A DNA stretch of 64,000 nt from Leptolyngbyaceae cyanobacterium (GCA_965263355.1 CBDHHL010000032.1:160001-224000); one strand, 5' to 3'. Positions 21,129-31,722 are shown, counted from the first letter of the stretch. Numbers and translations are program-made. The notes: generated by a model not told the origin, from the letters alone.

Positions 21129-21686
21129 ATGATTGGCGAACTTCAGCGACGAAAATTAGTCAAAGTGTTTAGCATGTATGACACCTGCAATAGCGGTGCT
21201 CTAACGTTTTCTGACTTTGAACGGGTTGTGCGATCCTTAGCTGACCTCAAAGGTTGGAAGCCCGAGTCTTCTGAATACACTCAGCTTTTAAGCAAGTTTA
21301 TGCACCGCTGGACCCACCTCAAGGGCAACATCCAGGATAATGTTGCTGCCCATGCCATCGGGAATGTGCAGCTAAAGGACTGGTTGCAATATTTTGAAGA
21401 TATGCTGGATAGTGATGCGCGCTATCAAGATGAAATCCATTCTCTGGGCGGCATGATCTTTGACGTTTGTGATGTGGACGACAGTGGTCATCTAGATCGT
21501 AACGAATGGTTCGCGTTATTTAAGGCGTATAACTTACCCGTTGTCTATGCGGACGAAGCCTTTGCCAAGCTGGATAAAAACCAGGATGGTATGTTGCAAA
21601 AGGATGAAGTGGTGCATGCTCTGAAGGACTTTTACTACAGTGAAGATCCAGAGGAGCCGGCTAATTTTATGTTTGGGCCGTATTAA
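21129..21686 (+). CDS. EF-hand calcium-binding protein (calerythrin/SCP-like)
   Basis: EF loops DTCNSGALTFSD, DVDDSGHLDRNE and DKNQDGMLQKDE; C-terminal FYYSEDP..P.NFMFGP; RBS aggag. Confidence 0.85.
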   Translation: MIGELQRRKLVKVFSMYDTCNSGALTFSDFERVVRSLADLKGWKPESSEYTQLLSKFMHRWTHLKGNIQDNVAAHAIGNVQLKDWLQYFEDMLDSDARYQDEIHSLGGMIFDVCDVDDSGHLDRNEWFALFKAYNLPVVYADEAFAKLDKNQDGMLQKDEVVHALKDFYYSEDPEEPANFMFGPY

Positions 21687-21688
21687 GC

Positions 21689-21784
21689 AAATCCTGACTG
21701 ATAGCCTGCGGTATCCCAGGGCTAGCACAAGGCACAGCCCCTACAGGATTATCCATTTTGAATCGGGATTAAGGAATTCAGATT
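21689..21784. repeat. About 96-bp dispersed repeat, copy A
   Basis: Aligns with 31495-31693 once the MITE there is removed; contains a REP hairpin ending gcccctac. Confidence 0.85.
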
Positions 21785-21799
21785 AGGAGAGGCTTCAGA

Positions 21800-22798
21800 T
21801 TACCATTCAACAATCATCAAGTTGTTGTCTACTTCTAGGAGAGGAGCTTCTCCTAACTCTTCTGCTAATCCAGTTTTAACGCCTTCAGCCAATGCTTCAA
21901 AGGTATCTGGCTCACTGAATTCAATAACCCAACGATGAGTTATATCTCCACGGCTATCTGTAATCACTCCGAGGGTATCTGTCACATAGTTGTTACCAAC
22001 GCTTTCTACTAGGGGGCGCGTTTCAGGCTGTCGGGCAAGCATTAATCGGACAGCATATTCCCCCCGTATAGTCTGGCTAGTGAGGGTTTCATCTACTTTA
22101 AGGGGAACCTCCGCTGGCTCAACAGTTCGCTCTCCAGCCAGATAGCGCTCTGGATGCAAAATCAATGTAGTTGCCTGGGGCGGATCGGCAAAGACTGCAT
22201 CGACCGCTGCCCAGCCACCGTCATCTCTGATTGTCTGGATAAACGTTAGTCCAGCACCATAGAGAAAAATATTTTCGAATAGTTGGTCATTGATAGGGCC
22301 GTCAGCGGGTAGCTTGGCGTGGGTAAGGAAGTCATAGTTCATTAGCTCGCTGACAGCTAACATTGCTTCGCCTTCAATGACAGCTGTAACGGCTTTGTCA
22401 TAGTCTGGTTTGTCTTGACTCTGTAGATGTAGATGGTAAAGGTCAAAATGCTGGTCCTGCAAAGCATGAAACATTTCGTGGAGCATCACACCCCGCCCCA
22501 GGTCATCAGAGCCTGAGGTGGCAACGACGAGCTGTTTGGTTTCTGAGTTATACCAGCCGTTGAGACTGGGGTCATTCTGGGGTTGAAAGGTGACCTGCAG
22601 GTTTTCTATAAAGTTTAGACCGCGCCACTGCTCTAGTTCTGTCATAACAGTACTGGCGGAGTCTGCCCAGGACGGGAGGTCACCTTCAAATGTAATGCGG
22701 TGTGGGGTGGTTGCTTCGACGAACGTAGTACAGCCTGCGGCACTAAAGCCGCAGGCTAAGACAAGTATTCCGGATATGACCATCTGCCAGCCGCGCAT
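21800..22798 (-). CDS. Putative lipoprotein with a zincin HExxH motif
   Basis: Signal ending AAGC; LHEMFHALQDQHF and a downstream IEGEA. Confidence 0.7.
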   Translation of the reverse strand: MRGWQMVISGILVLACGFSAAGCTTFVEATTPHRITFEGDLPSWADSASTVMTELEQWRGLNFIENLQVTFQPQNDPSLNGWYNSETKQLVVATSGSDDLGRGVMLHEMFHALQDQHFDLYHLHLQSQDKPDYDKAVTAVIEGEAMLAVSELMNYDFLTHAKLPADGPINDQLFENIFLYGAGLTFIQTIRDDGGWAAVDAVFADPPQATTLILHPERYLAGERTVEPAEVPLKVDETLTSQTIRGEYAVRLMLARQPETRPLVESVGNNYVTDTLGVITDSRGDITHRWVIEFSEPDTFEALAEGVKTGLAEELGEAPLLEVDNNLMIVEW

Positions 22799-22878
22799 GG
22801 GGAGTCCTCTTTTCCTACCACTGTAGCGATAATTTCAGAGACAGTCGTGGTGGTTGTTACAGACGATGACGTTTGTTT

Positions 22879-24261
22879 TTATCCCCCAGCGCCAAAGATA
22901 TATCGGAGGATGAAAATCGCTGCCAGAATCCACATGCCAAGGGTGGTTTCGTTGGCTTTGCCTTGGAATGCTTTGACCAGGGGATAGGCGATTAGTCCCA
23001 TGGCTAAGCCTTCGGCAATGGAGTAAGAGAGCGGCATCATAATGATGGTGAGGAAGGCCGCGATCGCAGCCGCCGGATCCTCCCAATCAATTAATCTGGC
23101 ACCAGACATCATCATCACCCCCACCATAATCAAGGCAGGAGCCGTTGCAAAGGACGGAATGCCTGAGAAGAGAGGAATAAACAACAACGCCAGGAGAAAA
23201 CAAATAGCGGCAACAATGGCGGTAAAGCCACTACGTCCCCCTTCAGAGATGCCCGACGCAGACTCAATGTAGGTGGTCACGGTAGAGGTACCGAGAATCG
23301 ACCCAGCCGTGGTCCCCACCGCATCCGCCATAAAGGCTTTCTCTACCCCAGGAAACTTACCCTCATGGTTGATATAACCTGCTTTTGCCCCTAACCCAGT
23401 TAACGTACCAATGGTGTCAAACAGGTCAACAAATAAAAACACAAATACAATGCCGATGACCTCTAGAAAATTGAGCTTAAACAACTCACCCAGACCAACA
23501 AAGGCCTGGCCAAACAGATGGGTAGGTGCGGCAGGAATTGCAACCACACCTTGGGGCCAGGGGGCCACACCAAACAACCAAGCCAACAAAGCAGTCCCGA
23601 TGATGCCCCACAGCAACGCACCGGTCACTCGACGCGCAAACAATAATGCCGTTATGCCCAAGCCTAATAGAGTCATGGCGGCCTGGGGTGATCTGAGATC
23701 CCCAAGGGTAGTTAATGTGGCGTCGGAAGGAGCAATGATGCCCGCACCCTTGAGGGCAATATAAGCAATAAATAAGCCAATACCTGCGGTGGTCGCATGC
23801 TTCACTGCATCGGGAATGGCGGCAACAATTTTGCTCCGCACATTGGTAAGGGTGAGAATAATAAAAATAATCCCCTCAATAAAGACGGCAGCCAAGGCCA
23901 CCCGCCAATCCACACCCATCCCCAGAACAACACTAAAGGCAAAGAATGCATTGATGCCCATGCCAGGGGCCAGGGCAAAGGGTAGCTTGGCATAGAAACC
24001 CATAATCAGTGTGGCGATCGCAGCTGAAATCCCAGTGGCCATGACCAGTTCCCCAAATAAATCTCCTGATTCACCCAGAAAAACAGCATTGGACAAAATG
24101 GCCGGATTGACAATGAGAATATAGGCCATGGTGACAAACGTCGTTGCCCCAGCCAAGATCTCGGTGGGTAGATCGGTACCTAGAGCGCTGAAGTTAAAAA
24201 AGTTAGCGATGGCCCGACTGAGTCCTGACGATTGTTGAATATTTCCCGATTGGTTAGACAT
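22879..24261 (-). CDS. NCS2/AzgA family nucleobase permease
   Basis: AGATTFVTMAYI..NP, APGMG.NAFF, DLFDTIGTL and ESASGISEGGRSG. Confidence 0.92.
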   Translation of the reverse strand: MSNQSGNIQQSSGLSRAIANFFNFSALGTDLPTEILAGATTFVTMAYILIVNPAILSNAVFLGESGDLFGELVMATGISAAIATLIMGFYAKLPFALAPGMGINAFFAFSVVLGMGVDWRVALAAVFIEGIIFIILTLTNVRSKIVAAIPDAVKHATTAGIGLFIAYIALKGAGIIAPSDATLTTLGDLRSPQAAMTLLGLGITALLFARRVTGALLWGIIGTALLAWLFGVAPWPQGVVAIPAAPTHLFGQAFVGLGELFKLNFLEVIGIVFVFLFVDLFDTIGTLTGLGAKAGYINHEGKFPGVEKAFMADAVGTTAGSILGTSTVTTYIESASGISEGGRSGFTAIVAAICFLLALLFIPLFSGIPSFATAPALIMVGVMMMSGARLIDWEDPAAAIAAFLTIIMMPLSYSIAEGLAMGLIAYPLVKAFQGKANETTLGMWILAAIFILRYIFGAGG

Positions 24262-24509
24262 AGCGGTAAGTGCGTAACTTACTCCTAGTGAAAAGCTTCA
24301 TTTTTACATCGTCTGTCTAGGGGGTTACCGATGCTGGGGATGTAATATTTATTTTTTATTTATGGGTATTAACATTACGCTGCCTAGTCGCGAATTTATG
24401 GGGCTGATAAGATAGCTAAACCTTGTCCACGTCCAGGACAGTCGTTTTTCCGTAGAAGAACCTACAGGTTCCAACTTGGACGTGGTTTAGCAAACTTCTA
24501 CACCTGAGA

Positions 24510-24914
24510 ATGGCCATGCGTGTTTATGTGGTTTTGTTTAATGCTCGTACTGAAAATGAGGGAATTCACTCCCTAAAGGTGGGCGATCGCAACATCGTGC
24601 TGATGTTTGAAGACGAAGACGATGCCGTACGCTTTGGTGGGTTGCTAGAAGCGCAGGATTTTCCGCCCTGTAGTGTAGAGGGATTTGAGTCGGACGAAAT
24701 TGAAGAGTTTTGTCGCGGTGCTGGCTATGAGGCAAAGCACGTAGAAACTGGCACCCTAGTGATGCCACCGGAGCAAACTTTGGAAACAACGGATTGGGAT
24801 CCAGAGTCATTGCCAGCAGAACGAGTAGACCCCACTGAACCTGACACATCGGCCCAGGATATGTCCCAGAATGATTTGGATCGGATTCGGCAGCAGTTGG
24901 AGAGGTTACTATGA
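24510..24914 (+). CDS. DUF3110 family protein
   Basis: VLFNARTENEGIH, MFEDEDDAVRF and IRQQLERLL; overlaps the murQ start. Confidence 0.8.
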   Translation: MAMRVYVVLFNARTENEGIHSLKVGDRNIVLMFEDEDDAVRFGGLLEAQDFPPCSVEGFESDEIEEFCRGAGYEAKHVETGTLVMPPEQTLETTDWDPESLPAERVDPTEPDTSAQDMSQNDLDRIRQQLERLL

Positions 24915-25831
24915 CTGAATCCCTACAAAATCGTGGTTACCTGCTTACCGAGCAGATTAACCCCAATAGCCAAAATCTGGACCAGCTATCCACACTGGAA
25001 ATGGTTCAGGTATTTAATCAAGAAGATCAGCGAACGGTGGATGCGATCGCCCAGGCAGCCCCTATGCTAGCGGTGGCCATTGACCGAACAGCGGCATCAC
25101 TGCGAGATGGCGGACGTCTATTTTATGTTGGGGCTGGTACCAGTGGACGGCTAGGGGTTTTAGATGCAGCGGAATGCCCACCGACATTTTGTACGCCACC
25201 GGAGTTGGTGCAGGGAATCTTAGCTGGTGGGGCCCCTGCATTGTTACGCAGTTCAGAAGCATTGGAAGACTTGCCCGAGGATGGGGCTGCCGCTATGGCA
25301 ACCCACCAGGTGTCTGCCCTGGATGTAGTGGTGGGAATTACAGCCGGTGGAACGACACCCTATGTCCATGGCGCGCTGAAAGAAGCCAACCTGCGAAGGG
25401 CCACTACAATTTTTATCGCCTGTGTCCCAGCGGACCAAGTGGACATTGAAGTAGACATTGATTTGCGGCTACCGGTGGGGCCAGAAGTGTTGGCTGGGTC
25501 AACCCGTTTAAAGTCCGGTACGGTAACCAAAATGGCCCTCAATATTTTGTCGACCGGGGTGATGGTAAAACTAGGCAAAGTCTATGGCAATCGCATGGTA
25601 GACGTGTCAGTGACCAACAGTAAGCTCCACGACCGCGCCCTCAGGATTATTGCTGCCCTGACCGATCTGTCCCGCCAGGACGCCGATCAGCTGCTGGACC
25701 AGAGTGATCAAAACGTCAAACTTGCCCTGTTAATGCACTGGGCTAATGTGGATAAAGAGACCGCCCAGGTTGCTTTGGAACAGAGTGCTGGTAATCTGCG
25801 GCAAGCACTGACTATGAAGGAAATTGGCTAG
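24911..25831 (+). CDS. murQ: N-acetylmuramic acid 6-phosphate etherase
   Basis: GAGTSGRLGVLDAAECPPTF, GPEVLAGSTRLKSGT and GKVYGNRMVD. Confidence 0.96.
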   Translation: MTESLQNRGYLLTEQINPNSQNLDQLSTLEMVQVFNQEDQRTVDAIAQAAPMLAVAIDRTAASLRDGGRLFYVGAGTSGRLGVLDAAECPPTFCTPPELVQGILAGGAPALLRSSEALEDLPEDGAAAMATHQVSALDVVVGITAGGTTPYVHGALKEANLRRATTIFIACVPADQVDIEVDIDLRLPVGPEVLAGSTRLKSGTVTKMALNILSTGVMVKLGKVYGNRMVDVSVTNSKLHDRALRIIAALTDLSRQDADQLLDQSDQNVKLALLMHWANVDKETAQVALEQSAGNLRQALTMKEIG

Positions 25832-25839
25832 GTAGGAAT

Positions 25840-26454
25840 TTGTCATTTATGCCCTACGTTTCCTTAAAAGACTATGTTGTAGCGGTTCGCTCCGGTCATA
25901 TTGTGGCCTTACCGACTGATACTGTTTTAGGGTTAGGGGTAGCGCCTGACCATAGTGCAAAACTGTATAAACTGAAACAGCGTAGCCTTGATAAACCGCT
26001 AATTTTAATGGGGGCCAACGCTGCTGACCTATGGCCCTATGTCCGTATGGATATGACTCAGTGGCAAACGATGACTGAGCGCTATTGGCCTGGACAACTC
26101 ACACTGGTAGTGCCCGCCAGTGCTAAAGTACCGCCAGTCATGCATCCCAAAACCCCTGATAGTATTGGGGTGCGTGTGCCAGACCATGCCATCGCCCGTC
26201 ACCTGATAGCATTGACGGGGCCATTAGCCACCACTAGTGCCAATCTATCGGGACAGCCCACCCTGATTAACGTTGAACAAGTCTTGGCCCAGTTTCCTCA
26301 GGTGTATGGACTCAGTAACCAAAGTCTACAAACGCTTTTGACCCATCTAGGCCCTGAAGCCGTCATGCCATTATCGTCTGGACTGCCTTCTACTGTTGTC
26401 CGCTGGCATTTTAATCATTGGCAGACGATACGTCAGGGAACCGTATATTTGTAG
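25840..26454 (+). CDS. tsaC: L-threonylcarbamoyladenylate synthase (Sua5/YrdC)
   Basis: PTDTVLG, KQR..DKPL, WPGQLT and TTSANLSG. Confidence 0.88.
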   Translation: MSFMPYVSLKDYVVAVRSGHIVALPTDTVLGLGVAPDHSAKLYKLKQRSLDKPLILMGANAADLWPYVRMDMTQWQTMTERYWPGQLTLVVPASAKVPPVMHPKTPDSIGVRVPDHAIARHLIALTGPLATTSANLSGQPTLINVEQVLAQFPQVYGLSNQSLQTLLTHLGPEAVMPLSSGLPSTVVRWHFNHWQTIRQGTVYL

Positions 26455-26521
26455 AGTATAAATAATGAGGATGCGCTCTAGTTACTCTTAATTACCGAAG
26501 TATTCATACATTAAAATTCCT

Positions 26522-27433
26522 ATGGATTGGCATACAGCGTTATTAATCGGTTTTGGCTTTTTAGGTGGAGTCGTGACCACCAGCCTCCGCCGAAAGCCTC
26601 AGGCTGAGGGTGCTGTTCCCACTTCTTCTTCCTCTATCCCGCCTGCTGACTCCTCCCTCACTGACGAAGCCCTCACCCCACCAACACCTACGCGTCAAGG
26701 TACGCCTCCCGACAACCCCCAAGCCCTTGCCTACGAGCGCTTAAGTCAGCTAGAACGCTTCAAAAGCGGTTTTCTTGCTCGTACAGCCCATGAGTTGCGA
26801 TCTCCCATCAACAGTGTCATTGGTTTACATCAACTGATTTTGGAAGGGCTGTGCGAAACCCCTGAGGAGGAAAAGCAATTTACAGCTGAGGCCAAAGAGG
26901 CTGCGTATAAAGTTTTACAGCTGTTTGATACCATCATTGCTGCATCCAAACTTGATATTGGTCGTGAAGTTCCCACTTTGGAGCCCATTGACTTAAAAAC
27001 GCTATTTAAAGCCTTGGAGGAACTCACCTGTTTACAAGCCGCAAATCAGAATGTAAGGCTAACGTTCAAACCCACCGATTTATCGGTGGCGAGTGATTTA
27101 AAGTGGTTGCAGATGATATTGATCAGTTTGATTGACGACGCCATTACGTCTACCAAGCTTGGTGATATTACGCTGGAAGCATTGGCCGATGGAGATCATG
27201 TATTATTGCGTCTAGAAGCGGATCGCCCAGTTAGTGATCTAAGTGTCAGATTAGATACTTCTCTCTATGGCCGTGAAGTTGATTTAAGTAATCTCTCCTC
27301 GGTTTATCTGTCTACAGGGTTAACCTTGGCCGTTGCCCAGGAAATGGTAAAAGCCCTTAATGGCAACCTGATTTTGCCAACACAAGAAGACATAATTCCT
27401 ATAATTACTGTGAAGCTACCGATGACTATATAG
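26522..27433 (+). CDS. Atypical histidine kinase (intact H-box, degenerate HATPase)
   Basis: FLARTAHELRSPINS; N-box reads SLIDDA and no DxGxG is present. Confidence 0.7.
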   Translation: MDWHTALLIGFGFLGGVVTTSLRRKPQAEGAVPTSSSSIPPADSSLTDEALTPPTPTRQGTPPDNPQALAYERLSQLERFKSGFLARTAHELRSPINSVIGLHQLILEGLCETPEEEKQFTAEAKEAAYKVLQLFDTIIAASKLDIGREVPTLEPIDLKTLFKALEELTCLQAANQNVRLTFKPTDLSVASDLKWLQMILISLIDDAITSTKLGDITLEALADGDHVLLRLEADRPVSDLSVRLDTSLYGREVDLSNLSSVYLSTGLTLAVAQEMVKALNGNLILPTQEDIIPIITVKLPMTI

Positions 27434-27574
27434 GTCTGGAGCAAAACTTAACGTTAATATGTATAAGGTGACGAACACATAAGGCTGTGGCAGTGGTTCA
27501 AAAACTGCTTTATGGCTATATCAGGGTAGCGCTGAATTTTATAGATAACAACTATACAAAAACGGTATATTCTT

Positions 27575-29509
27575 TTGCCCCGTACTCAAAACGCTAATCT
27601 CACTAAGACAGTCTGTCGTGAGCAAACCTGCAGGCCGTACAAGATTTTGATTGTTGATGACCTCCCCAGCAATCTACGATTGTTGTCAACAGCGTTAGCT
27701 GAAGCTGGATATTCTGTTCGTAATGCCATCAGTGGAACTGGAGCAATTATGGATATTGCGACAGAGCGGCCTGATCTAATTCTCTTAGATATCAAAATGC
27801 CAGGCTTAGATGGGTTTGACGTATGTCGTCATCTGCATGGAGATGCGGTCACGGCAGATATTCCGGTTATTTTTATGAGTGCCATGGATAATGTGCCTGA
27901 AAAACAAAAGGCATTTTCTCTGGGCGGCGTAGATTACATTACCAAACCATTTCAAATTGCTGAAGTACTTGTTCGAATCGAGCATCAGCTAGAGTTGCGG
28001 CGTCTTAAACAAACGTTGAAAACTCAAAATCAAAAGCTACGTATCATTTTGCAGCAGTATGAAAGGGCTGAAACGCAAATCTACCAAATTAATCAAGAGC
28101 TGGAGCGACGGGTTTTAGAGCGCACTAAGGAACTCCATGAGACAAATCAAGCCCTGCAACAGGAAATCCATGACCGTCAACAGGCTCAGTCGCAGCTGGT
28201 GTATTTGGCTATGTACGATTCGCTAACAGGATTACCGAATCGTACTCTGTTGCTAAGACGTCTAGATGAAACAGTGCAGGCCAGTCAGTCTATGGGTAAT
28301 CAGTGGTCAGCGTTGTTGATGCTAGATTGCGATCGCTTTAAAACAGTTAACGATACGCTTGGTCATTTACGGGGGGATCGATTACTAATTGAAATTGCCC
28401 ATCGCATTAGCGTAATTATTCCTGACAATAGCTTTGCTGCCAGATTAGCAGATGATAAATTTGCTGTCCTATTGCCCTCGATGTGTGAACCGACGATTAT
28501 TTCGCAATTGGTACAGAGACTGCAGCAGCGATTAGGAGAACCAATAGATTTAGAAGACCATGAAGTTACGGTTAGTGCCAATATCGGTATAGTTCTGGTT
28601 GACCCTAGCTACCGTCAGGCAGAGCATGTACTACGGGATGGTTCCCTGGCCTTGATCCAAGCTAAACAAAAACCCCAGGGTTGGTTAGCATTTCAACCCG
28701 AAATGCATGAGCAGGCATTGCACCGTCTAACTTTGGAAGGGAAGTTGCGTCAAGCATTGCGTCAGGAACAACTGCAAATTTTTTACCAACCGATTGTTGC
28801 TTTGGCAGCTACGGACGCTACGGACGCTATTGTGGGGTACGAAGCTCTGGTTCGTTGGCAACCTGAGGGGACATCTGACTTTCTGTCACCGGCAGATTTT
28901 ATTCCCCTAGCAGAAGAGAGCGATCTTATTTCCCAGCTGGGCAACTGGGTCTTTTTGACCGTATGTGAACAGCTGAGGCAATGGCATCAGAGCTGTTCAT
29001 CAGCGTCGGTTCCGTTTGTCAGTGTGAACTTCTCAGTGCGTCATTTACAAGACGAGCAGTTTGCTCAACAAATTCATGCTGTTTTGCAACAGACCCAGGT
29101 AAATCCGGCCTGGCTCAAATTTGAAATTACGGAAAATCTATTGATAGGAGATACTGATCCAGTCTTAAGGACATTAGAGCAGCTTAGACGTTGGGGGATT
29201 CAAATTAGTATTGATGACTTTGGCACCGGATATTCATCTCTAAGCTATCTCAAACAACTGCCTGTGGATATGCTTAAAATTGACCGTGCATTTATCAAGG
29301 ATATTGAATCCAACCACGATAATCTCAAAATTGTTGTAGCGATTATAAAATTGGCCCAAGCCTTAAAGTTGGAAGTAGTTGCCGAAGGCATTGAAACGGC
29401 ATGGCAAGCTCAACAATTGAACAATTTAGGCTGCAGTTATGGTCAAGGGTATTGGTTTTCACAGCCCTTAGATAGTCAAGCTGTGTGGAGTTTGCTAGAC
29501 CTGAATTGA
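27575..29509 (+). CDS. REC-GGDEF(degenerate)-EAL c-di-GMP phosphodiesterase
   Basis: REC DD/D/K residues; GGDEF position reads ADDKF; EALVRW, DDFGTGYSSL and AEGIET intact. Confidence 0.9.
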   Translation: MPRTQNANLTKTVCREQTCRPYKILIVDDLPSNLRLLSTALAEAGYSVRNAISGTGAIMDIATERPDLILLDIKMPGLDGFDVCRHLHGDAVTADIPVIFMSAMDNVPEKQKAFSLGGVDYITKPFQIAEVLVRIEHQLELRRLKQTLKTQNQKLRIILQQYERAETQIYQINQELERRVLERTKELHETNQALQQEIHDRQQAQSQLVYLAMYDSLTGLPNRTLLLRRLDETVQASQSMGNQWSALLMLDCDRFKTVNDTLGHLRGDRLLIEIAHRISVIIPDNSFAARLADDKFAVLLPSMCEPTIISQLVQRLQQRLGEPIDLEDHEVTVSANIGIVLVDPSYRQAEHVLRDGSLALIQAKQKPQGWLAFQPEMHEQALHRLTLEGKLRQALRQEQLQIFYQPIVALAATDATDAIVGYEALVRWQPEGTSDFLSPADFIPLAEESDLISQLGNWVFLTVCEQLRQWHQSCSSASVPFVSVNFSVRHLQDEQFAQQIHAVLQQTQVNPAWLKFEITENLLIGDTDPVLRTLEQLRRWGIQISIDDFGTGYSSLSYLKQLPVDMLKIDRAFIKDIESNHDNLKIVVAIIKLAQALKLEVVAEGIETAWQAQQLNNLGCSYGQGYWFSQPLDSQAVWSLLDLN

Positions 29510-29593
29510 GAATCGTTAAACTTACCTCTAAGCTGAAACCTGAAGTTTCCGCTACAGCAAAACGACAGGTTTGGGCGCGGGTTTATATCGGCT

Positions 29594-31318
29594 TTATCTA
29601 CCCCCACGAATACTTAGATAGCGATTATGCCGAATTGCCTCCATTGTTTCCTGAATATCTATCGGGGCATTGCCAAGAATTTTTAGTAGGTGAGAGCCTA
29701 ACTCCAGAGCTGCTTCAAATTCGGGTTGAACAACTTCTTGGGCACCGGCCTGGGTGAGGCTATCGATTTCAGCAGTGATGTGGGCCCTGGCGATGACAGC
29801 CAGATTTGGGGAGATCGCCAGGGCTCGCTTTAACAATAGTCGAGTACTGACTGGATCGGGCAAGGTAATGGCCAGGGCAATGGCCTTCTCTAGATGGGCT
29901 TTTTCTAAAATCTGTTCCGAGTCAGCATCGCCTAAGATATAGGGCAACTGGTGGTGGCGCAGGGTTTGGATGGCGGCCTCATTGTTTTCGAGCACTAAGA
30001 CAGGGTAATTGCCCTGTTGTTGCAAAATATTGACAACAACTTGCCCCACTCGACCATAGCCAGCTACCACAATATGATTAGTGAGTTCATCCTCAATCCA
30101 CAGGTCCTGAGGAGACTCCCAAATGGTTAGAAAGGGGTTGAGTTTGGGAGAAGATAGCAGAGCCTCGGCAATGGGTGTCGCAAACTTAAACAAAATCGGT
30201 GTGAACACCAGGGTGATGGCAGTTGTTCCCAACAAAAGTAGGTAGGTTTGTTCTGAAATTAAATTATTTTCTCGCCCCACCAGGGCCAAGACAAAGGAAA
30301 ATTCTCCAATTTGGTTAATGCCTAAACTGGCGCGAAGGGATGTTTTAAATGAATAGCCAAAGGATAACACCACTGGCAGCACAATCATGGCCTTGCCAAC
30401 CATCGCCAGGGCCACCAGGCCCAATATTATCCCCGCATTCTGGATCAAGATCTGCGGATCGACCAACATACCGATGGACGTAAAAAACAAACAGGCAAAG
30501 GTGTCTCTTAGGGGCAGAAACCGACTAAGGGCATGGTCGGCGTAGTCGATTTCGGCAATCATTAAACCAGCGGCAAAGGCTCCAATTTCAATGGAAAGGC
30601 CCAGGCGAGCGGTCACTAGGGCGACACTGAGACATAGGGCCAGCAATGTCAGTAAAAATAATTCGCTGCTTTCGGTCCGGGCAACGGCCCGGATCATGCG
30701 GGGAACAAACCAATAGCCAGCTGCGATCGCAACCCCGATAAATACCCCCACCTTTAGCAATGCCAGGCCTAAAATTGGCAGCATTGACCCTTGGGAGTTG
30801 AGGGAAGGAACAATGGCCAGCATCACACCCAGGGCCAGATCTTGGGCGATCAAAATCGCCAACATAATTTGACCATGGCGGGTATTGATTTCTCCTCGTT
30901 CTGTCAGGGTTTTGAGAACAACGGCAGTGGAGGATAGAGATAGAACCGCCCCCAGAAAGATACCCTGTACCCAATCGTTGGCCCAGCCCAACAGGCTGCT
31001 AATGGTAGCGACTGCAGCTGTGGTCAGCCCGATTTGAAGTAAACTCCCCTGCAGCGCTATGTTGCGGACCCGATTGAGTTCGGCTAGAGAAAACTGCACA
31101 CCTAAGGAAAAGAGTAAAAACGCTACCCCCAGTTCCGCCAGCCCCCGAATGGTATCGGTATCGTTGAGCAGTTGTAGGCCTAGGGGGCCGATTACCAGAC
31201 CGGCAAGCAAATAGCCCAGTAGCACCGGCTGACGTAATCGATTGGCCAGGTATCCCCCCATAGCAGATGCTCCGAGAGTCACCGTTAAGTCCAAAATAAA
31301 TCCATTGTCTGCCGCCAT
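29594..31318 (-). CDS. CPA2 cation:proton antiporter with TrkA-N (KefB/C-like)
   Basis: LSSTAVVLK, QDL, QIGEFSFVL and GYGRVG. Confidence 0.9.
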   Translation of the reverse strand: MAADNGFILDLTVTLGASAMGGYLANRLRQPVLLGYLLAGLVIGPLGLQLLNDTDTIRGLAELGVAFLLFSLGVQFSLAELNRVRNIALQGSLLQIGLTTAAVATISSLLGWANDWVQGIFLGAVLSLSSTAVVLKTLTERGEINTRHGQIMLAILIAQDLALGVMLAIVPSLNSQGSMLPILGLALLKVGVFIGVAIAAGYWFVPRMIRAVARTESSELFLLTLLALCLSVALVTARLGLSIEIGAFAAGLMIAEIDYADHALSRFLPLRDTFACLFFTSIGMLVDPQILIQNAGIILGLVALAMVGKAMIVLPVVLSFGYSFKTSLRASLGINQIGEFSFVLALVGRENNLISEQTYLLLLGTTAITLVFTPILFKFATPIAEALLSSPKLNPFLTIWESPQDLWIEDELTNHIVVAGYGRVGQVVVNILQQQGNYPVLVLENNEAAIQTLRHHQLPYILGDADSEQILEKAHLEKAIALAITLPDPVSTRLLLKRALAISPNLAVIARAHITAEIDSLTQAGAQEVVQPEFEAALELGSHLLKILGNAPIDIQETMEAIRHNRYLSIRGGR

Positions 31319-31494
31319 ATATGTCCTTGATAATCTAACCAATTTCTCTGACTTACTCTACTGGAGTTTGAGAAAACTGGGTTAATATGGTTGTTGTCGG
31401 TAGTGAAGACACCCCCTGGCAGGGAAAGTCTCTCAAGAATTTGAAACGGTTATTGCCTAGCTTGGAAATTGTTTTAACGTAGGGATATTATACG

Positions 31495-31693
31495 AAATCC
31501 TGCCTGATAGCGCCCGGTATCGAAGGGCATCCACAAGGGAGTGCCCCTACAGGATTGTCCATTTTGAATCGGGTTTAAGGGCACCTCTATTTATTCAGAT
31601 TCTGTTGAAATCACGAATGTATTTTCAAAGTTTTCAGCAGCTCAAATGGTGAGAATAGGTAATTAATCGAGGTGCCTTTAATGAATTCAGATT
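31495..31693. repeat. Dispersed repeat copy B, interrupted by a MITE
   Basis: Matches 21689-21784 on both sides of 31578-31678. Confidence 0.85.
31578..31678. mobile_element. 101-bp MITE with TA target duplication
   Basis: 18-bp TIRs agggcacctctatttatt / aattaatcgaggtgcctt (3 mismatches); TA at 31576-77 and 31679-80; empty site in copy A. Confidence 0.85.
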
Positions 31694-31722
31694 TGGTATT
31701 AGATAGGTAATGACATTACATG

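Noticed and set aside
24262..24509. Purine riboswitch upstream of the NCS2 permease
   Set aside because: No purine aptamer consensus visible
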